Shown piece after piece: positions 58,886 to 64,000 of a stretch of DNA of 64,000 nucleotides. Made by a program: the position numbers and the translations under genes. This DNA comes from an uncultured archaeon (GTDB taxonomy: Archaea > Aenigmatarchaeota > Aenigmatarchaeia > QMZP01 > JAFGSV01), in NCBI GenBank assembly GCA_964559215.1, contig CAZLFZ010000002.1, forward strand, positions 18,195-82,194. Reading direction: 5' to 3'. How positions within the stretch are numbered: the first letter of the stretch is position 1; every line of letters starts with the position of its first letter. The notes below the pieces were generated by a model. The model saw only the letters and a list, made by a program, of their open reading frames with translations. It did no database searches and had not been told where the DNA came from.

Positions 58886-60049
58886 TTAGTTTCTCAGGTA
58901 TCTTCCTATACCAGCTTTACTTAGCATTTCATTCGCGTAACTTCTGGCTGTGGACATCATGTCTCCTATCAAAAGTTCTGCTGGTAATGTATCTCTTTTC
59001 TCAAGGTATCCTCTCAATTCTTCCATTGGGAACTCACTTGCTACCCTTTCTAATGCTTTCCAATTGACCATACTTTGGATTACCCTGTTATATGCCTGTT
59101 CCTCACTGTCATGAGGCCTTGCCTGCATGTCATGACCGATAAATCTTTGATATCCGCTGTCTAGAAGTGCCCTTGCAACTCCAATATTCGGTCCTGTTAA
59201 AGCCACTCCATGGTCGATATCGAACTTCCCTGGACCGCCTCCTCTTATGCCGTCGTATCCCTGGTCGTTTGCATGTATGTGTGTTATTTTTCCACTTGCC
59301 AGTTGCTCTGCCAAATCATTCAGATGATCCAGCCCGAGCATCTGTGAGTGTCCAAACTCCATGTTGACGCCGCATCTTGAAACGTCGATACCCTTCTTCT
59401 TTCCAACTCTTGCCCACAACGCCAATGCGCTGGCAACTGTCGGCACGAGCATATTTGGATGGCCTTCGTTCCCCTTTGGCTCGATATCAAGTTCACACTC
59501 TCCTCCCTTATCACGCTCGTATTCTACAGTCAATGCCATTGAATCGTCAAGATTGTCCACCATTTCCGGAAGAAGCGGATGTGGTATATCATAACCCCAT
59601 GCACCATTCCATAGTACTATGGTCGGCGATTCCTGGGGGTCCCATCTCTTCTTGACAGCATCGCTGTAGACTAAATCGATGGTTTCTCTGGTAACACGAC
59701 GTGCTGCTTCTAGCTCATCTTTGTCCAATGACGCGGGTCCACCATAGGCGCCGCATTCTTTAATTTTATGTAACCCCGGTGTTATCATTCCGTAATACAT
59801 GTTTTGTCTAATGAGTGCTGCTGTAACTGCTGCTGCATTTTCATTGCTTAATTCAAATGGATAGTGTGCCTCGAGTCCGATTATTTCGTCGTTCCCGATG
59901 GCTGCCCTAATTCGTGACAACGCCTTTTCTCCGAACATGTCTACTATTTCGGCCGTTGGTATGCCGTCCCACTCTCCTCTCATTGCTGGTCTGAATCCTG
60001 CTTCACCAGTGTGGCTCAATGTCCAAGTGCATACATTCTGTCTGCTCAT
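58886..60049 (-). CDS. Xylose-isomerase-like TIM-barrel sugar isomerase
   Basis: LDIEPKGNEGHPN is the XylA-type EPKP motif. The start was set at MSRQNV, which is preceded by GGAGGAATAAA. Confidence 0.55.
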   Translation of the reverse strand: MSRQNVCTWTLSHTGEAGFRPAMRGEWDGIPTAEIVDMFGEKALSRIRAAIGNDEIIGLEAHYPFELSNENAAAVTAALIRQNMYYGMITPGLHKIKECGAYGGPASLDKDELEAARRVTRETIDLVYSDAVKKRWDPQESPTIVLWNGAWGYDIPHPLLPEMVDNLDDSMALTVEYERDKGGECELDIEPKGNEGHPNMLVPTVASALALWARVGKKKGIDVSRCGVNMEFGHSQMLGLDHLNDLAEQLASGKITHIHANDQGYDGIRGGGPGKFDIDHGVALTGPNIGVARALLDSGYQRFIGHDMQARPHDSEEQAYNRVIQSMVNWKALERVASEFPMEELRGYLEKRDTLPAELLIGDMMSTARSYANEMLSKAGIGRYLRN

Positions 60050-60337
60050 TTTATTCCTCCTTTCTTTAGTCTCTGAAAAGACCATGAAATTGAAATCAAA
60101 CAATTGTAAAACAAGCTTTGAATGCCTAATTCTATCCTAGAAAGCGTTCCCCGAGCGTAGGCCAAAGTTTTCATACCAAACCCGACAATCCCAAGGCAAA
60201 AGGTTCAATACAAAAAATTGATATTAAATTTTAAATATCCGAACAGCGAAACTTTTTTAAACTTTTCGCTTTTACTCATTTCTGGTTTTGGATACATTTT
60301 GGACCTGGGATAAGACTGGAACAGGACTAAGAAGTGA

Positions 60338-61513
60338 TTACTCGTTCAGGCCGAAAACATAGGGAATTCTCTTCATCTTACCAACCGCTTTCGCGGCATT
60401 AAGTACAGCTTCGGCGTCACCCCAGCAAAATGCCATACTTCCCAAAATCTGACTTTTTCCGTCTTGAGATCTTCCATCGATAAATTCCGCCTCGGTGAAG
60501 CAGCTGTCTTTCTCTGGGGTTGGGCCGTTGTAAACGAAACATGCTCCCCTATCACCTTGTAAATAGTGCGGTAAATCATCGGAAGCCGGGTCTTTTGGCA
60601 CTTCCAGAATTTCATCGGTTTCGGACGGCAAGGCACGTGATCGCATGGCCACCAGCTGATAACGGTCGGTGGAACCGGGAACTTTTGAAATATGCATCAT
60701 CGTATTATGGGTCAATATTTTCCTATTCCCCGTTTTTCTTGCACTGTCGGGGGTAATGGCCAGCTTGTATCTGGTATCTTGCATGCTCTTGGTCTTGACA
60801 GAGACATGGTCGCTACCGGTTTTAACGAATTCTGGCAATCCGTCTCCGAAATCATTCATATAAACAGCCAGCTGTGCTTCCTCCTTGGCAGGGAAAATGA
60901 AAGTGCCTGGATTGCTTTCATCTCCTGAATATAACTGCAGCAGTTTCCACGCATGGAAATATGGCGCATTGGGGCTGCTGACCTTGTCGATGTAGTCAAA
61001 ACTTGCAGAGGTGACCCCGGGATGAGGAGCTTTTACATTTTTCGTGAAATCGAAAACCCTGAATAATGTGAAATCGTGTTTTTTCCCAGTCTTGAACTCC
61101 CTTATTTTCCCTCCGCTTTCGAGGGCCACGCCATGCTTTAAAGACGGGAGGCTTTTCATCGTGTATTTACCGGGGTCCATCTTCTTCTGACATACCCATG
61201 TGTCGTAGTCCCCTGGCGTCTGGTTGAAGTATGTAATTCCTTCGCATCCTTCCGAGCCGAATTCGGGTCCCACCCATAGCCGGTCTCCACCGAGATTCCA
61301 GACATTGGGGTCTGTTATCACTTCGCCCAGATTGGGGAGCGTCCACACGGTGTTCAGGGAATCGGGATTTTTGTCTGGATAGATTGCTATAAATCTGCCC
61401 CCATGCCTTATGACATATGCTACAGGGCCACCCAGGTCAAACTTGCGATATTTAACCTTTTTGATGGCGTCCACCAATTCCCCTTGTGGAAGTATTCCCG
61501 TATGCATGTTCAT
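60338..61513 (-). CDS. Hypothetical protein (391 aa)
   Basis: Long uninterrupted ORF; no motif recognised. Confidence 0.45.
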   Translation of the reverse strand: MNMHTGILPQGELVDAIKKVKYRKFDLGGPVAYVIRHGGRFIAIYPDKNPDSLNTVWTLPNLGEVITDPNVWNLGGDRLWVGPEFGSEGCEGITYFNQTPGDYDTWVCQKKMDPGKYTMKSLPSLKHGVALESGGKIREFKTGKKHDFTLFRVFDFTKNVKAPHPGVTSASFDYIDKVSSPNAPYFHAWKLLQLYSGDESNPGTFIFPAKEEAQLAVYMNDFGDGLPEFVKTGSDHVSVKTKSMQDTRYKLAITPDSARKTGNRKILTHNTMMHISKVPGSTDRYQLVAMRSRALPSETDEILEVPKDPASDDLPHYLQGDRGACFVYNGPTPEKDSCFTEAEFIDGRSQDGKSQILGSMAFCWGDAEAVLNAAKAVGKMKRIPYVFGLNE

Positions 61514-61868
61514 AAAAACCCCGTTAAATCAATAATATTATGATTTTGGCCGAAAGAAATAAAAAGGGGAGGATAAGAAATTAGGGCAGGCAAAGCCAAC
61601 ATGTTCTTGTGCAAGGCATTTGGTGATATTTTTTCCAGTGCCCTGGATGTCGAAGTGGACCTTTATAACACGGATGGCTCCCAAGGTGCTGCAAGGGGAG
61701 CCGGTATCGGTACGGGCAAATACAGGGATCGCGATGAAGCATTCGTTGGCCTTAAGCCAGTAAGAACAGTTTCTACTGACCCCGAACTGCGGGACGCTTA
61801 TACTCAACTGTATCCAGAATGGGTCGAGACTCTCCAGAGAAATCTGGGATAATCAACTTCTTATTTTC

Positions 61869-62050
61869 ATGAGCCCGGGAGGATATTCGTACAACCTTCC
61901 CATCCGACTTTTGCGCCACATCTTTTATGGATGCGTCAGCTCCCGGAAAAGCTGTGTTTCGAACCCCCAATCTCCCGGTCCGAAGCGTCGCCTTCACCGA
62001 ACAATCAAGTCGATGAATCGGGCGCTTTATCCAAGTTGAGCTACGGGCCC
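61869..62050 (-). tRNA. tRNA gene with multiple non-canonical introns (anticodon CAU is tentative, i.e. Met or Ile2)
   Basis: Minus-strand read. 5' GGGCCCG-TA-GCTC-AACTTGGATA-AAGC; anticodon region CCCGA-TTCAT...TCGG; T-arm GGGGG-TTCGA | approximately 70-nt intron | AT-CCTCC; acceptor CGGGCTC plus A. 182 nt against roughly 75 nt for a mature tRNA. Confidence 0.45.
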
Positions 62051-62105
62051 ATTATATAGTCTAGATTAAGAAATAAAAAGTTAAATAAAAAGAGGGTCTG
62101 CACTA

Positions 62106-62564
62106 TCAAAATAAAATTGGCTCTATTATGTTTTTCAGGTCACTCGATTTCATCTTTACAGATTTCGTGTGCAGGCCTATGTTGAAGTTAACCCACTCAT
62201 TCTTCAAGACGTCCTTGTCCATGTACGTTTTCAGTTTCTTGGGATGACCAAAGGGCGGGACACTTCCAATCTTACAGTGAGTGATTTTTAGCACCTCAGC
62301 GGGAGACGCAAGGCTTACTTTTTTAACACCAGCCAACTTGGCAATCCTTTTCAAATCAAGTCTTTTGTCCCCCGGACACAATCCCATTATGTATTTGTTG
62401 TCGGTAGATTTCAGTACCAGTGCTTTGACACCAGTTCTGAGCTCAACACCTCTCACCTTGGCAGCTTCCTCGCTTGTAAAGACAGACTCATGTTCCAATA
62501 TCTGATGTTCAAAACCAGATTCTTTCAGAATATTCTCGATTCTTTTTGATACCAGAACTGACAT
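62106..62564 (-). CDS. ybaK: YbaK/ProX-family aminoacyl-tRNA deacylase
   Basis: About 150 aa; YbaK-like GVKALVLK...IGSVPPFGH. Confidence 0.7.
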   Translation of the reverse strand: MSVLVSKRIENILKESGFEHQILEHESVFTSEEAAKVRGVELRTGVKALVLKSTDNKYIMGLCPGDKRLDLKRIAKLAGVKKVSLASPAEVLKITHCKIGSVPPFGHPKKLKTYMDKDVLKNEWVNFNIGLHTKSVKMKSSDLKNIIEPILF

Positions 62565-62570
62565 TGTTTT

Positions 62571-63986
62571 TCACTTCAATTTCTCCTCTAGCAATCGCCT
62601 TGCTTCATTTGGGTCTATCGTGCCCTTGCTCTCTTTCATTATCTGTCCTATCAGGAAGTGCAAGGCCTTTTGCTCGCCTGACCTGTAATCCTTGACAGCT
62701 GCCTGGTTTTTCTCGATGACGTTCTTTATTATTTTCTTTATTTCTGATTTCGCCGAAATAAGCCCGAACCCGTACTTTTTGATGATATCGGCCGGTGGTC
62801 TTTTCTCCTCCACCATGTGCCTTATGACGAGCTCGGCATTCCTGTCCGTTATCTTTGCGAGCTCAAAGAGACGCAAAAGCCCGACAAACCATTCTGGCTT
62901 CACCCCTGTCTGGCTCAGTCTCACCGAGTACCAGTTAAGGGTTTTCTTCAACGGGCCTGCGATCCAGCTCGCCGCGAGACGCGGGTCTGTTTTCTTGGAT
63001 ACCTGTTCAAAAAAGTGCGCGACCTGCGGGTCAGAAACAAGGGACTCCGCCAGCTTGGCGGGTATTCCGAATTCTTTGATGAACCTCTCCAGCTTTTCAT
63101 CAGGCAGCTCGGGCAGCCCGAGCCTGGTTTTTTCAACCTGCTTTCCGCTGATATCTATCCTTGTCAGGTCGGGCTCGAATATGTAGCCGTACTCCGCTTC
63201 TTCCTCCTTGCCCCTCAAAGGCTGGGTGGAACCGATGTCGGGATTCCATGCCCTCGTCGCCCTCTTGACCTTGACACCAGTTTTCAGCAGGTTGCCCTGC
63301 CTCACTATCTCGTATTTCAGAGCCTGCTCTATCTCCTTCGTTCCTGTGATGTTCTTTATCTCTATCCTTGCCCCCCCGGCGAGCGATACATTCGCATCGG
63401 TCTTGAACACGGCCCTGGACATGGGATCGTAAAGGCCGAGATATTCGAGTATGCTTGCCAGGCACTGCAGGAAAAGCCTGGCTTCAAGCGGGCTCCTCAG
63501 GCCGGGCTCCGTGACTATCTCTACCAGCGGTGTGCCTGACCTGTTGTAGTCAACAAGGACGTGCTTTCCACCGAGTCCGCCGACGTGAACCAGTTTTGCG
63601 GGGTCCTCCTCCATGTGAACCCTGGTTATGCCTATCTTCTTTGTCTTGCCATTTGCCATTAACCTGATCCAGCCGTTTCTTGCCAGCGGGACCTCGTACT
63701 GGGTTATCTGGAAGTTCTTCGCAAGGTCTGGGTAGAAGTAAGTTTTCCTGGAAAAATAGGTCTCAGCTGCAATCTTGCAGTTCAGTGCCAGCCCCACTTT
63801 CATCGCCATGCTGACAACCTCCCGGTTGAACCTGGGCTTTGAACCAGGCATGCCCAGACACGCTGGGCACGTCACGGTGTTCGGCATAGGTTCCTCCTCA
63901 AGGTTCACAGGATTCTTGCATCCGCAGAAAATCTTGCTCTGCGTGTTCAGCTGCACATGGGTCTCAAGGCCTATCTTCACTCTCAT
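62571..63986 (-). CDS. gatB: Aspartyl/glutamyl-tRNA amidotransferase subunit B
   Basis: MRVKIGLETHVQLNTQSKIFCGC; 471 aa; C-terminal GatB/YqeY domain (KALHFLIGQIMKESKG). Confidence 0.85.
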   Translation of the reverse strand: MRVKIGLETHVQLNTQSKIFCGCKNPVNLEEEPMPNTVTCPACLGMPGSKPRFNREVVSMAMKVGLALNCKIAAETYFSRKTYFYPDLAKNFQITQYEVPLARNGWIRLMANGKTKKIGITRVHMEEDPAKLVHVGGLGGKHVLVDYNRSGTPLVEIVTEPGLRSPLEARLFLQCLASILEYLGLYDPMSRAVFKTDANVSLAGGARIEIKNITGTKEIEQALKYEIVRQGNLLKTGVKVKRATRAWNPDIGSTQPLRGKEEEAEYGYIFEPDLTRIDISGKQVEKTRLGLPELPDEKLERFIKEFGIPAKLAESLVSDPQVAHFFEQVSKKTDPRLAASWIAGPLKKTLNWYSVRLSQTGVKPEWFVGLLRLFELAKITDRNAELVIRHMVEEKRPPADIIKKYGFGLISAKSEIKKIIKNVIEKNQAAVKDYRSGEQKALHFLIGQIMKESKGTIDPNEARRLLEEKLK

Positions 63987-64000
63987 AATGATGATTGCTC

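Noticed and set aside
1-64000. CRISPR arrays, rRNA genes, integrase or transposase genes
   Set aside because: No regularly spaced direct repeats and no rRNA-like or recombinase-like sequence were seen. The only repeats are the short motif arrays and two small tandem duplications.

Overview
This is an archaeal chromosomal segment of about 49-50% GC. Most of it is core informational and housekeeping genes. One block carries part of the spc-type ribosomal cluster on the minus strand: S5, L30, L15, an inserted ACP-like gene, SecY, an archaeal-type adenylate-kinase homolog, a DUF106 (Oxa1/YidC-like) insertase, L34e and L14e, with Bud32 upstream of S5. Other core genes are both RFC subunits, FtsZ, aEF-1beta with its Zn-ribbon partner, S15, S3Ae, a RecJ/GAN-like DHH nuclease, RpoD, a TrmB regulator, GatD, GatB, YbaK, PRPP synthetase, PPAT, Hel308, a site-2 protease, TrkAH and an RbgA-like GTPase. 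Accessory features: (1) two tRNA genes of 223 and 182 nt that appear to carry multiple non-canonical introns, each including a T-loop intron; (2) a canonical intron-less tRNA-Arg(GCG) whose 5' end is overlapped by a free-standing HTH+LAGLIDADG homing-endonuclease ORF, on an AT-rich insertion flanked by inverted repeats that mimic the tRNA 3' end; (3) arrays of a CTTTTTACACA motif in three intergenic regions around the trkAH, Zn-ribbon and GTPase genes; (4) an operon encoding DUF192, a 2351-aa secreted giant protein and a 520-aa membrane-anchored surface protein, plus other signal-peptide proteins with C-terminal anchors. Several conserved genes look unusual: a serine-less ACP-like protein inside the ribosomal operon; an adenylate-kinase homolog with a degenerate glycine-rich loop; an EF-hand-like insertion with an 18-bp tandem repeat in DUF106; L14e with a roughly 110-aa K/P/E-rich tail; PRPP synthetase with a Cys4 insertion; and a prephenate dehydratase-ACT-Rossmann fusion. 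No rRNA or CRISPR array was found. Lineage cannot be assigned from sequence alone. FtsZ together with multi-intron tRNAs and about 49% GC fits TACK/Korarchaeota-like or DPANN-like archaea, but this is a guess.
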